Assembly: GCA_965112155.1 (NCBI GenBank)
Contig: OZ218099.1
DNA: 64,000 bases
Reading direction: 5' to 3' (one strand)
Source of the DNA: Podarcis liolepis
Taxonomy: Eukaryota
This document shows, in pieces, positions 22,518 to 34,712 of the stretch; the stretch's first letter is position 1, and every line of letters starts with the position of its first letter. A program made the translations under genes and the position numbers. Under the pieces are notes generated by a model. The model was not told the origin of the DNA, searched no databases, and saw nothing but the letters and a program-made list of their open reading frames with translations.

Positions 22518-24868
22518 AATACGTTTTGTTTCTTTTGCAATTAAAACATTACTGGTATGTTGCCTGGCATTGAATTTCCCCCACCTGCCATACTAAGGGA
22601 AACAAACTGAACATCAAAACCAGTTACCTACTTTTTCAGCCAGACCTTTGGAGGAAATAATGGCAGTTGCTGCTGTAGCCATACGCTGTTTAAGGTTTAT
22701 TACTTTTTAAATTATTGTTTATTAATGGTTTTATTCTTTGGTAACTGCAGTTTTATTGTTTTAACATATATAGCGTTAATCACCCTGTGATCTTAAATGA
22801 TGGACAATTTAAAAATGGAATATAAAAATGGAATATAATAGAGTAATAAAGATTACATTTTAAATAAACAGCTGTTTCTGTATCTTACTGATCACTTATT
22901 TAGTAGCCAAAGCACTTTGCTACAAACTAAACCCAAAGGAATGAAATACTGACTTTCTTAAAATAATGAATGATGCACATGATTTTTTTCCAAAAATTTA
23001 AAGAACCAAATCCAGCTATTTTACATTATCTCCCAAGTGCCACAATGGTGAAATTCCTATAAGCTTTCCCAGATTGCATGCTTAATTCTTACTTTGCTAT
23101 GCCTAGCTTTTATTCTACATTTAATCTCTTTATAATGAGCTTAATCCCATTAGCTGCGAAGAACAGCTAAATGTCAAAGTAATTGGATAATAGCCTTAGA
23201 TTTTGTAATTATTTCATTATATCAGTAGGCTCTCTGTAGAGCTGTTCGCCTACCCCCTGGCATCAAAGTAAAACAAGCTTGCAACTCGGCTTTTACATGT
23301 CAGTAATCCAGCTAACATCAACACAACACATGGTTTTCTAGGATTGTTAGCTGAAGTATGGAAGTATTTGAAAATGCTGCAATGAAGCGCAGTCACACAA
23401 GTACTGTAGCCTCCAGCTGCTATTCTGAATATCACAATCTTATTTCAGACTCTTGTATTAGGGAACCTCATATTCTACCCTAACATTCACTTCCAGTTGG
23501 CAGCAGTTTATAATGTTTACAGTTGAAAGTATACATCTGATTTAGCATCCCCAATCATTGTCCTAAAACCGTCACTGTGATCTCACAGTTGAAATTCCAC
23601 CTCTGATTCAAGTCAATGTAAAAAAGTACTGCCATGCAAGCTACAGCAGACTTATCGTGAAATCTCCAAAGTTTATTTTCGTGTTATTTCCCCCCTATGG
23701 GCTGCATACAAAGGTTATGAAAGTTGCAGGATTAAAAACAATATTAAAATATATGCTATGTATTTCATGGCACTTGTTCTCAGTTCCTGTAGAACGAACA
23801 CTTTGAATGTTCTGTCAAGTCAGGTATTTGTGCTCCTGTGCAATCTTAAAATTGCTTAAGAATTACTGCAAAGAACAGTTGAATTAAATGTTGGGCATGA
23901 TTTAAAGAGTCACAGAGAGGGGAGCATTCACATGAATGAATCTAGCCAGATGAATGTTATTTCCCCTTCATTTACATGGAGCAACAGTGACATCCAGGGG
24001 AAAAAGAGTGTGCTCACAGGTGAACTGTTTCATTAAAACATATTTTATTACTTAACTGTGCTAAGATTTTGTATGGTTATGTAATATATCCATCCCCAGT
24101 AGGCAGCTCAGGATAAAAGTTATTTGAGCAGGTTTTTGCTTGCATCACAGTAAGGCTACTTTGCCCCCTTCCCCTGCACTAGTAGCATGACAGGATTCAG
24201 CTGGGCTAGGTTCTCTGTTGTGGGGACTCAATTCAAATAAGTTTTGATTCAAAGAATCAGGCACCGCATTGTTCATTTCTATAGCAGCATATTAGCCTCC
24301 TTCTGGTCCTCCTAAGGGCATGAGCCACTAATTATATTTCACACATAGTTATCCTCTTAGTGTTACTAAAGAGGTACAGATTTCAGAATTGTGGTTCTAA
24401 GGTATGGAAACTTATTCATGCCACAGAAGACATATAACTCATCCCCAAAAACCCACATTTGCTTTTATATGATCAAATCGATGCTTTCAGTTAAACCATT
24501 TTACAGCAACTAAATGTACACAAAAACCATTAAAAGGTATAGTTTAAAAGAAGTTGTATGCTCGCCCCCAGAATAACTGTAAAATACATTTTTACACTTG
24601 ACAATAAAACCAGGTTGCAAACTTTTATTTAAAATCCAATACTAGGAAGTTCTGTACATAGTCAAAGTGTCAGCTGGAGAGGAAATAGCTCTCCCCTTCC
24701 CACTATAACAGATTACTAGCTAATTTTCCTTTGGGCCATATAATACCAGCACTGATGTTTCCTTGTTAAAAAAATAATAATTACCCTAATACCGCATTTA
24801 ATGAAATTCAGTTACGGTACTTTGTGTGTGATGGGGCAGAAGAATACTTTTTCTATACTTCTTCATTA

Positions 24869-25213
24869 AAAAGGTAAAGGGACCCCTGACCATTAGGTCC
24901 AGTCGTGACCGACTCTGGGGTTGCGGCGCTCATCTCGCTTTATTGGCCGAGGGAGCCGGTGTACAGCTTCTAGGTCATGTGGCCAGCATGACTAAACCGC
25001 TTCTGGCGAACCAGAGCAGTGCACGCAAACGCCGTTTACCTTCCCGTTTACCTATTTATCTACTTGCACTTTGATGTGCTTTCGAACTGCTAGGTTGGCA
25101 GGAGCTGGGACCGAGCAACGGGAGCTCACCCCGCCGCGGGGATTCGAACCTCTGACCTTCTGATCGGCAAGTCCTAGGCTCTGTGTTTTAACCCACAGCG
25201 CCACCCATGTCCC
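24869..25213 (-). mobile_element. Full-length Sauria SINE (Squam1/POM-type)
   Basis: tRNA-like head (GGTGGCGCTGTGGG...GGTTCGAATCCC on minus), BovB-related 3' end with ACCTTT tail, and an 18-bp TSD TTCTATACTTCTTCATTA. Confidence 0.96.
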
Positions 25214-26379
25214 TTCTATACTTCTTCATTACGTATGTCCAAAACAGAAAATCTGTATATGTGCATGTTACTAAACAGAAATGTGCGAACTACTCCCATG
25301 TCAAGAAGAAAACTAAAGTGGATGGCAAAGAACTGAGACAGGAAGCACAAAAGATTTGCACATCTCTTCCCTCTTCATAAGAATGTAGTTTTGCACACTC
25401 TCAGACAGGAAGACAAACATGGCACAGGTGTTGCAGGTCACTGCAGCAGCTCCTTTGCCGTCTGTGTCCCTTGGTCCAGTGTGCACTGTGAGATAAAACT
25501 CTGGGCTTCTGCCTCAAACATCCCATAGACTCCTCTTAATTGTTGTTTTAAATAAAGCCCCTCTGCCTGTGTGGCTTTGTTTCTCAGGACGCCAGAAGCC
25601 AATAACTCAGGGAGATATCAGGGGAAACTATTACGATGCACAATAAAAACCCATGGAGCAACAAACTATTACTTTATCAGGCAGAGGGAGACTCCTTCCA
25701 GAGATTGCTCAGGCTTGCACACAGCTTTTATGGCTTGCACCCAGAGGTTCATAAGAATCCTATATATATCATTAATTATCCAAAAACAGTTTTAGCACAT
25801 CGGTTGAGGGAACCACTCCTGCAGGTGTTACCCTGTTATCTGAAAAAGGGTTGCTCAGCATTCGCAATTGGTACTGTAAGGAAGTAACCTTATTTAATAA
25901 CCCTCACCCTATCCAGCCTGCTGTGGGCTTGCTGCCACCATTTAAAGCGATGCTTCCGCTGCACTTGTGGGGATACAACCTCCAACTCTACTCACCTCAT
26001 AAAGAGCTCTTCTGTTGTATACCAAGCTTGGTAGAAATGTTTATTTTATGAAGTTATAGCTCTTGTGAGAACACAGCAGGCAAAACCAAAGAAGTGTCTC
26101 TACTAGATTTAACAACGTGTTCATTTGCCAAACACACTCTCCCCTTACCCCCTGCTACATTCAACGCTCCCCATTTACTTGAAAGTGGGGATTCAGGGTA
26201 TTTTTATCCCTTTGTTTGAAGTGAACAATTTCGGCAGTTGTATGCTAATAGACTGTAAGCTTATATGTGCCCTCTAGATAGAGAACTTTATATATCATTA
26301 TTTCTCAGCTAGAGCACAGTTCTGGGTACAGCAAAGCAATGATTATCATTTTAAAAATATATTTGCTAATTACTTTTCT

Positions 26380-27490
26380 CACAGAGTGATCCAAAGTGAC
26401 TTACTTAGGAACAATGAAAAAAAAATCCTAAAAATGCAAATATACCATTAAAATTCAGGACTAACAAATTCTACCCCACTAAGACAGAACACAATGCTAC
26501 CCTTCATATTAAGGTCCAAAAGCCTTAAAGAGAAAAGTATTTGCCTGGCACCTATAGACAGATAAAAGATGGTGCTGGATGTGCCTTTCTAGGGTGATTA
26601 TTCCACAAGTGGTGTGCGTGTGTGTTTCACTGCCACAACGGAAAAGGCCTGATCGCATGTGGCCACATTATGAACCTCCCATGAAGGGGTAACCTAAAGA
26701 ATTATGCTGAAGACAGAATCTGTGGGATCAGTCGAGGAATGTTCTCATTTTTTCCAAAACGAAAAGCTTGCAAATGATTTCCTCACCTAGATGTCAACAC
26801 TTGTGTCAAGGCTGTGGTTTCTCTGTAGCCATTTCAAATTCTCCTGAGCAGTGAATGCATCTAGTGGCCTTGATTGCAGAAGCCTTGTCTCTGTGTCTTC
26901 AAACAGGCTTTGCTCTTGTGTCCGTGATTATCTACGGGGTCTGGATGGACTTTGCAGGTCAGGTTGGAGCTCCAGGAACACACAATTCACTTGTAGCCCT
27001 GTTTTGATGATGACCACAGGGTCTGGGTTGGTCCACATGAGAATAAGCAGTCCTTGAGGTCCTGAGCCATATAAGGCTCTTTAGGTCCAAATCTACACTA
27101 TGAACTGAGCCATGAAACTAATTAGCAACTAGTGGGTAACCAGTGCAGTCATGCCAGAATTTGTGTTATATGTTCAGACCACCATGCCCTGGACAACAAT
27201 CTGGCTGCCAAATTCTGCACCATCTGCAGTTTATGGCCAACATATACCATATGAAAGTAGTTCTACCTATAGGTTACCAGAGCACAGACAATGGAAGTAA
27301 AGACTATCCCTGTGCAGATAGGGGTGCAGTTGAGCCACCAAATGAAGTTGATGGAGGGCATTCCATGCCACCAAGGCCTCTTGAGCCTTCAGGGACAGTA
27401 TGGATCCAGGACTGCCCCCAAGGCATTACTTGAAGCAAGATATTTCTCATGTCATATTTTAAAATCAGGACTTAATACAACTCCATAAAT
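26380..27490 (-). mobile_element. Degraded L2-like LINE (interrupted at ~26700-27004)
   Basis: Antisense L2-like motifs (TTCCACAAG...TGCCACAACGGAAAAGGCC; GCAGTCCTTGAGGTCCTGAGCC...GGCTCTTTAGGTC; CAATCTGGCTGCC..ATTCTGCACC). Confidence 0.55.
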
Positions 27491-27725
27491 ACAATTTAAA
27501 ATAGAGACCAGATCACATAAGATATACCTATGGGAAGGAAAATTCAGAATCGAGAGCTGCCACAGAAAACTCATCCTTGGGCCTCCACCCACTCCCCCAA
27601 ATTGTTCTTCCACCTTCATTTATCTGCTTGCTTTGAGGCCTTATTTTGGTCGGTATAAAAGTGTTTCGGAAATATAAATAAAATCCCAATTTAAACCTGC
27701 TTGAATTTCCATTTTAATTCATTAA

Positions 27726-27875
27726 ACTCAGTTGGTTAGATCATGGTTTAGATCAAGGTTGCAGGTTCAATCCCTGCATGGGACAGCAGCTTATTCCTGA
27801 ATTGCAGTGGGTTGGACTAGATGATCCTCAGGGTCCCCTCCAACTCTGCAATTCTACTCCTACAATTCTATGATT
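27726..27875 (+). mobile_element. tRNA-headed SINE with a CR1-derived tail
   Basis: CTCAGTTGGTTAGA (A box), GGTTCAATCCC (B box), then the CR1 tail GTTGGACTAGATGATCCTCAGGGTCCC..CCAACTCT..ATTCTATGATT. Confidence 0.8.
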
Positions 27876-28947
27876 TAGTTCAACAGGCAGAAGTTTAACA
27901 GGAGGCAATGTTTGTTAGAGCCAGACTTGCTCACAAAATAGATAGCTAATTAAATGTAAATTAGGGACTATATTAAGGGGAAGCCAGAAAATTAAAACTT
28001 TATATGGGGTAACTTCTGTATAGCAGAATTATCATGAATTTACGAGCCACTGAAGACATGCTTGTTTATATGTTTCACATACATTCCTGAAACACAGCAC
28101 CTTTGAAAGTAGGCAAATTCATCACATGTGAAAACCTATGAAAATTATTGCTTTCACTTGCCTTAAAAAATGCTTTTAGCAATGATAAATTATTTAATTT
28201 ACGTGGAATATTACATGCAAAGAGTGGGTAGTGGATGCTCAGGCTACCATATGAGCCCAACTTTGATTTATCTCTAGCTAAATAAAAAAACTCTTATTTT
28301 TTCTTATGATTCCAAATATTACAGCTGTAACAACTTTATTACTGACCCTTTATGTATGTTTACATTTCTAGCTAATTGTTGGCACTGCAGCCACATCTGG
28401 TACCATTTTGTTTAACTTGCCTTATTATTCCTTTCAGCAGACTCCCCTAGTAAGCTGTTCAAGGATCTCTAAAAGCCCAGGGAGCTTCCTCTCCCCCTAA
28501 TCCCCCCCCCAAACTTTAAGTGTCTCACACTTTTGTAACCTTTCACTAAACAGCTAAAAGGCCCTTGTGTTACACTTCTCCTCTTCCATCCCTTGCCCTG
28601 TGCTGAAAGATGCTGAGTCTGCATTTTTGCCATTCTAAGTTTTAAATATAAATTTTGTTCTTCTACAAACCCCAAATTTGTCTCATTAACCTTGATCATC
28701 AGCATGTTTATAGGTACCTTTATACAATCAACAGTCTTTCCTAAGAAATGAAGATTTTTCCAGCTTCCCTTTATTGCAATTAACATTGCTCTAACAGTAC
28801 GCTACTGAAATGATGATCATTATTATGTTTAGTGACATTAATATAAAGATCCAATTAAGAGGCCCAGTTTATGTTACAATTAGCCAAATTGCTGCTCCAT
28901 TTTACCATCTTTTACATCATTTTAACATCGCTCAGTTTCTTTTAGGC

Positions 28948-29084
28948 CAGGCATAGGCAAACTTGGCCATCCAGATGTTTTTGGACTACAACTCCCATCA
29001 TCCCTAGCTAACATGACCAATGGTCAGGGATGATGGGAACTGTAGTCCCAAAAACATCTGGAGGGCCGAGATTGCCTATGCCTG
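28948..29084. mobile_element. Short palindromic hAT MITE (Charlie/Buster-like), TIR variant A
   Basis: TIR CAGGCATAGGCAA/TTGCCTATGCCTG, perfect TSD TTTTAGGC, near-complete foldback. Confidence 0.93.
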
Positions 29085-29682
29085 TTTTAGGCAGATTGAT
29101 AAATTTAAGGCTAGCATTTATTGCACAGCATGACAAGATAGACTTGTTATATTCATTTATTAGCAGTCACCAGTCACCATCAGCTACCAATCAGCTTGCC
29201 CTGAAGCATGCAATCATTTCTAAACAGGAGGCTTCATTGAGGGGATTGACCAAGAGGTTAAAAAAATAGAACATTTTCCTTGTTTCAGGTGGGGTAGCAT
29301 TGTCACTAGAAACCAGGAAAGTCTTTTTTTTCTAGAAAGATATCTCACTGCACCTCCTCTTGCCACCTCTGAGCAGCAAGGCATGTGGGTTGAAAGGGAG
29401 AGAAGCAATTGCAGAAGACCGAGAGAATTTTTAATGCTCCGTGTTCTAGCTGTTCAGAGGGCTCTCACAATCTGTGCAAGGACAAAAGCAACACATTTTG
29501 ATTTTTTACAATTGCATGGTGCAATTGGGCCTATATCCTCCATCAGTCCTCACTCCATGCCTCACTTGTCTCTCAGCAATGCAATGGCAGGTAAATTAAG
29601 AAAGACAAAGCATTTAAAGAAGTGGAGAGAGACATTCTTTCCCAGATGATAAAGCATAAGTCCTACTTATTTTGTATTTCCC

Positions 29683-29963
29683 TGTTATGGACTGGCAGAG
29701 GAGTGATGGGAGGCATCAGCTGGGGAATCCCCAAGGAAATCCCCAGGGGAAGAAAGCTCAAAGCCAGGGGATTAGTGGTGGGATGACGAGAAGAGTGTAA
29801 ATGGCTTAAACCAGGCTTCCTCAACCTCAGCCCTCCAGGTGTTTTTGGCCTACAACTCCCATGATCCCTAGCTAGCAGGACCAGTGGGCAGGGATGATGG
29901 GAACTGTAGTCTCAAAAACATCTGGAGGGCCGAGGCTGAGGAAGCCTGGCTTAAACCCTGACA
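29683..29963. mobile_element. Possible deleted LTR remnant hosting the 29812 MITE
   Basis: Starts TGTTATGGACTGG, has a purine-rich body and ends CCTGACA. No TSD. Confidence 0.35.
29812..29948. mobile_element. Short palindromic hAT MITE, TIR variant B
   Basis: TIR CAGGCTTCCTCA/TGAGGAAGCCTG with perfect TSD GCTTAAAC. Confidence 0.93.
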
Positions 29964-30094
29964 TAAAAACCTGAACGATATAGTAACTGGAGTATATTTG
30001 AACCTCTGAAACTTAAATTTTAACCTACCTCAGTGCTTGTAGCTGATTGGGTGATCTTGAGCAAGATGCCACCCAAGATGCTTCAGGTATGGAA

Positions 30095-30207
30095 GAAAAG
30101 TCCTTCTGGAACAGACTAAGAGCCTTTCCAGTCCAGCAACCTGTTTACTACAGAGGCCGACCAACTACCTATGGGAAGCCCATAAGCAGGACATGAGGGC
30201 AATAGCA
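30095..30207 (-). mobile_element. CR1 3' UTR fragment
   Basis: CCTATGGGAAGCCCATAAGCAGGACATGAGGGCAATAGCA is the reverse complement of a segment of 51097-51249. Confidence 0.6.
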
Positions 30208-30401
30208 GGGCTGTGCTGCTAACCTGGCTTCCCAACATCACGCATTGCTGCTGATTACTGAGAAGGAGAGGGGAAGTGGCAAGGCAGTAGGGACCTCAGT
30301 GCTGGTACAGTGCTGTTGGATTGGCTCTCCCACTGCCTTGTCCTTCCTTCTCTAGGTAACTGACAGCATGGTGTTGGGAAGCCAGGTCAGCAACATAGCC
30401 C
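30208..30401. repeat. Long imperfect inverted repeat (~195-nt foldback)
   Basis: GCTAACCTGGCTTCCCAACATCA pairs with TGGTGTTGGGAAGCCAGGTCAGC. Inner GAGAAGGA..CAAGGCAGT pairs with ACTGCCTTG..TCCTTCTC. Confidence 0.8.
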
Positions 30402-33159
30402 CACAAGCTGCTACTGGGACCATCCAACACTCACAATGTAAGCTTTTCACTTACCAGTAAATGAAACCTTGACTGAAGGTGGATATTCAAATATTTTGAC
30501 TAGAGATGCATACATACACAGATGCAAAAGAAGAAGATAATTTTGTGTGATGGTATGATGCTAATCTTTGCTTATCTAGGCCCACAGTTCACTCTTAAGA
30601 GGAAATTGGGGGAAGTTTTGTAGATTTAATTTAAAAAGTTAAGAATTAGTGGCTTCCCTTGTGGCAGATTACTTTAATGGACGACAAACCTCCTTGTTAA
30701 AATAAGTGACTTAAGTATACAGCATGGCAACAAAATTTTATTGACTTAAATGATGCCCAGAACTCGGCTGACCTGATGGTTCATGCCCTTTCTGTCTACG
30801 TTTGGGTATTTTAAATAACTTCTATGTATCCAGCACATGAACACAAATATTGTTCCATAGCAAAAGTTGGATTGTGCAGCATAATACAGGATCTGGAATC
30901 TATTTTAAACATGTTCATACAGGATGATATCACAAGCATCTTAAAATGTTCAACATATGGTAATCGTTTTCTACATTCCTCACCCAGGGTGCATGAAACT
31001 TTACAGCATCTTGATAATTTCAGTAAAGGAACTAAAGAAAGATTTAAAACCATGATTAAGAAAGCCCCCAAAATGAGTATCCATTAACTTTGGACTTATT
31101 TTCCCCTAAGATCATTAAAGAAACGCACTGAAGATACAGTAAACGTTTTTATAGCTAAAATGTTTTGAAGATAGCACTTTACCGGTGCAGAAATGTAGAC
31201 AAAGCACCCACAATTAGTCATTATAATGACAATCCTCTTTCAGCAAACACTTGCATGTTGCACGAACATCGAAAAATTGGCATACAAACTAAGTGAACAG
31301 ATGCAACTACTAAAGTAGCTACTCAAGCTTTTTCTAGTACTCTGTCATGTTGAGCAAAGACCTTTTTTTGTGAATTGGAGTGCTGCCTCCTCCATGTGAG
31401 ATGTAAGCATTTCCAAGCCCTTCTGTACATGTTGAGAAGCCATTCATCTTCCCTTTCTTAACACTTTGGCGCTATGAGCAGTTCATCTGATTTCATTTTC
31501 AACTTTGACACCACTTACTATAATTTAGATTCCTCTGGGAAACCAACTCATGTATAAATGGATTCACACATGCACACACACCACCTGAAAAACAGTCCAG
31601 GTGTTTCTTGTATCAAGATTTTGTTATACCGTGATTTAAACCTCCCAGTTAAAGCCATTTTCACTCATCAGATTCCATTTGGCAGTGTATTCCAAATACC
31701 ACACCACTTCTGCTTTTTCTGATCTGAAAAGTAACATTGTCATTCATTGACAAGATGTGTCATTGGTTTTAAATTTGTGAGACAAGAGTTAACCTTCATT
31801 TCAGGAAAGTGTGTTAAACAGAGTACAAATGCTTTCTTCTGCTGCCCATCTCAAATCATCCCAAAGCACACAGTGGACCATTGTTAGTGTGAGAAGTCAA
31901 GATTCCTTTGGACAACTCCCTTCTCACCTTGGGAACAAAAAGTGATGACTTACATGACAAGAGAAGACTTATGGTCCTTGAAATAAATGATGAGATATGC
32001 CCTTTGGACTAATCTTTCTTCAGGAGGACACTAAGTTAAACCACATGTAGTGTTTTGTCTGACAGTTATAAAGTAATACTTTGTAATCATTATCAACTGA
32101 TGCAACTAAAAATAAATCCACCCTGTTCAGTTCTTTGGGTGGTCATCATTACGTTTTCACCTAGGCTATAAGCAAAAATCACAAATTCAAGTTCTCTAGG
32201 TGACCAGTTCTCACATTTCAAATAAAATTTGATATACAATAACCTTAAAGTGATTACCCTAACATATATATATAAAGTGTGGAAGAATGCCCTTGGTTTC
32301 CTTCATCCATGTGTGATATAATTTTGCTTTCTTGCTTTCTTGCATTTTCATGTTTTCATGTTGTTTTACCCTCCCATTGGAAACAATGGGACTTTAAAAA
32401 GTAATGGAGATATTTGTAATAGCAATTCCTGCCCCCAACTGAAGTCAATTAAAACTTCATTATTTTAACACACTAGAACATGTCAAATCCTGTTGGAAAA
32501 CTCCATGTGGTATGATAAGATGGAAGCATGATTATCATGCTGAATTAATAGTTTAAACAAATATTATTTGTCGACAAATAAAAAAAATACAAAAGACATG
32601 AAGTTTAATCTTAAGTAATAATGCAAGTAATGATGTAAAGTTGTTTGAGACACCCATATGGGCTATGAAAGAGCCGAGGAAAATATTACTGCAAAATGTG
32701 ACAAGCAGCAGCTAAATGACTTTGCAGTACCTACTATTCCAAGGTTCTGTGCCAGAAAATAAAGGAAACAGGTAATTTAATACAAAGAACAAATCTGGGG
32801 ATAAACCAACCATAACACAATTTATTTCTATAGTAGCATTCACATTGTGAGATCAGGAAAGGGGTTTAAAAGGTATTGTAAAGAAGTCAGCCAACCTCTA
32901 CGAGGCATCCAGCATAGCAGACAACTCTGATACTTAATATATTTTCCCCAAACAAATACTTCTCTTAAGGATATAAAATGGGTTTGCCTACCTCATCTGT
33001 TTAGGAAAAGTATTATTGTGTTTCCTGAAAACCAATAATTTGGTCATGATGTCAAGAAAGCTTGAGGAAACACAAGCATTTTCAAGTGAAATGAGGTAGA
33101 ATAGTGTAGGAAGGGGGGGAGAAGAGGTGGCTTGCTTCTAATGTTTCAAGGACCAATGA

Positions 33160-33300
33160 AGCTCTATGGCAGAGCACATGATTTGCAGGTTCATTTCCTG
33201 GCATCTCCTGTTTAAAGTTCTCAAATAGCATGGCTCTAAAAGACCTCTGTCCAAGACTCTGGAAAACTGCTCTCTGTCATTGTTGACGGTAGTGGGCTAT
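33160..33300 (+). mobile_element. Degraded tRNA-derived SINE (Squam3-like)
   Basis: GCTCTATGGCAGAGCACATG...GGTTCATTTCCTGGCATCTCC...AAAGACCTCT. Confidence 0.55.
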
Positions 33301-33843
33301 ACGTACTATTAGTTTTATTCAAACTAAGATACTCCTTTTCATCCTAGTGTGGCATGGATGGAAGGAACAAATTTAAAAGTACCAACAGCAGGGCAATATT
33401 TGCAATAGATATTTCTTACTAAGACCCAAAGCGTAAAATGTTTTGTGCCTGGATATTATCTACAGGTGGATGCTTGTGGAATCCCAACAGACATATACCA
33501 ACCAAATATACCAACCACAGCAAAGAAAAGCAGTGCCCCTACACCACTTCTAGGGCTTATCTTTCAGGAATGAACAAAGTCACGCTAATATTGTGCCCTC
33601 AATTCACATTCATTCAAGGCAGTCCAAAGTGACACCATGACTGACAGAGGGGCCAGAAAATCAACCTATCCATATGATGTCAGGCATGGGAAAATTCAAG
33701 CTATGGCTAAGATCTGAGATAAGCTTCTGCTTGCTCTTTAAAAGGCAGCAGATAGATTATTTCCAATCCTAGTGATTTGAAATAACGGCGTCATCTGAAA
33801 GATGGGGTGAGGGCAGAGAAAGAGAGAGGAAGGATGAGGAAAT

Positions 33844-34020
33844 GCTGCAGTTCAGTGGTTCAGCATACATTCATAGGCAGAAGTTCCAAGGTTCAATCCC
33901 TGGTATTGCCAGACGGGGCTGAGAAAGACTTCTGTCTGGCCAGGAGAGCTGCTGCCAATGTCACTCGTAGTTAATCAGATGGATCGATGGTCTGATTCAG
34001 TTTAAGGTAGATTCCTATGT
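33844..34020 (+). mobile_element. tRNA-derived SINE (Squam3-like)
   Basis: TCAGTGGT A-box, GGTTCAATCCC B-box (33890-33900), body GAGAGCTGCTGCCA...GATGG..CGATGGTCTGA, tail CCTATGT. Confidence 0.7.
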
Positions 34021-34205
34021 TTGCTCTGCCTTTCCTATATGGCATCCTGAGTCATAACCAACTAGATATCTGGTTAGTACTCTATGAATTGCCCCATTCT
34101 TGTGGAAGACTTCTTCCCTACCAATCTGCAGCAACCTCTGCTCCCTATAGACATTAATTATAAGGTAAATGGTGGGAAACAAAAGGATAAGAGGTTTCTG
34201 CTCAA

Positions 34206-34360
34206 CAGTGGCGTAGCGTGGGGGGTGCAGGGGGGCCGGCCGCACCGGGCGCACCGGGCGCAACATCTGGGGGTTAGGGTTAGGGGGCGCAAATCCACGG
34301 GTTAGGGGGCGCAAATTACTTGCCTTGCCCCGGGTGCTGACAACCCACGCTACGCCACTG
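34206..34360. mobile_element. Young hAT MITE with G-rich/TTAGGG interior
   Basis: TIR CAGTGGCGTAGCGTGGG/CCCACGCTACGCCACTG, perfect TSD CTGCTCAA, near-identical to 42774-42920. Confidence 0.95.
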
Positions 34361-34712
34361 CTGCTCAAGAGCTGGCAGTACCAAGTAACTGGGTATGAAA
34401 AGGAGGACAGATTGTAAATTCTAATGTGAAGTGCACAGCCTCAGATGCTACAGGAAGTCAGTATACCTCCAGTATACCTTATATCAGTTTTCAAAGCTTG
34501 CCTACTCCTACCAACAGATGATGGTCTACAAAAGATAGCATTTGCCTATTTTGTATCTATTGAGTTCATTAATATATTAATCGTATGCGTCAGTGTGAGT
34601 GGCATTTATTCCTAGTCTTTTTGACAGAGTTTGCCCCACCAAAAGAACTCAGGCACATTTGTGAAATATTCAGTAACCTTCACATGGTAAACAAAGTATG
34701 TATTCTTTTTTT

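Noticed and set aside
25130-25213. tRNA gene (A/B boxes, GGTTCGAATCC)
   Set aside because: It is the head of a Sauria SINE, continuous with the SINE body, tail and TSD. The same applies near 63000 and to the other SINE heads.
26700-27004. Non-L2 segment inside the L2 remnant as a processed pseudogene
   Set aside because: Several frames are partly open but none is recognisable, and there is no poly-A tail or TSD.
31990-32040. Resemblance to miR-455-5p (TATGCCCTTTGGACTA)
   Set aside because: It has several mismatches or indels and no complementary 3p arm downstream.
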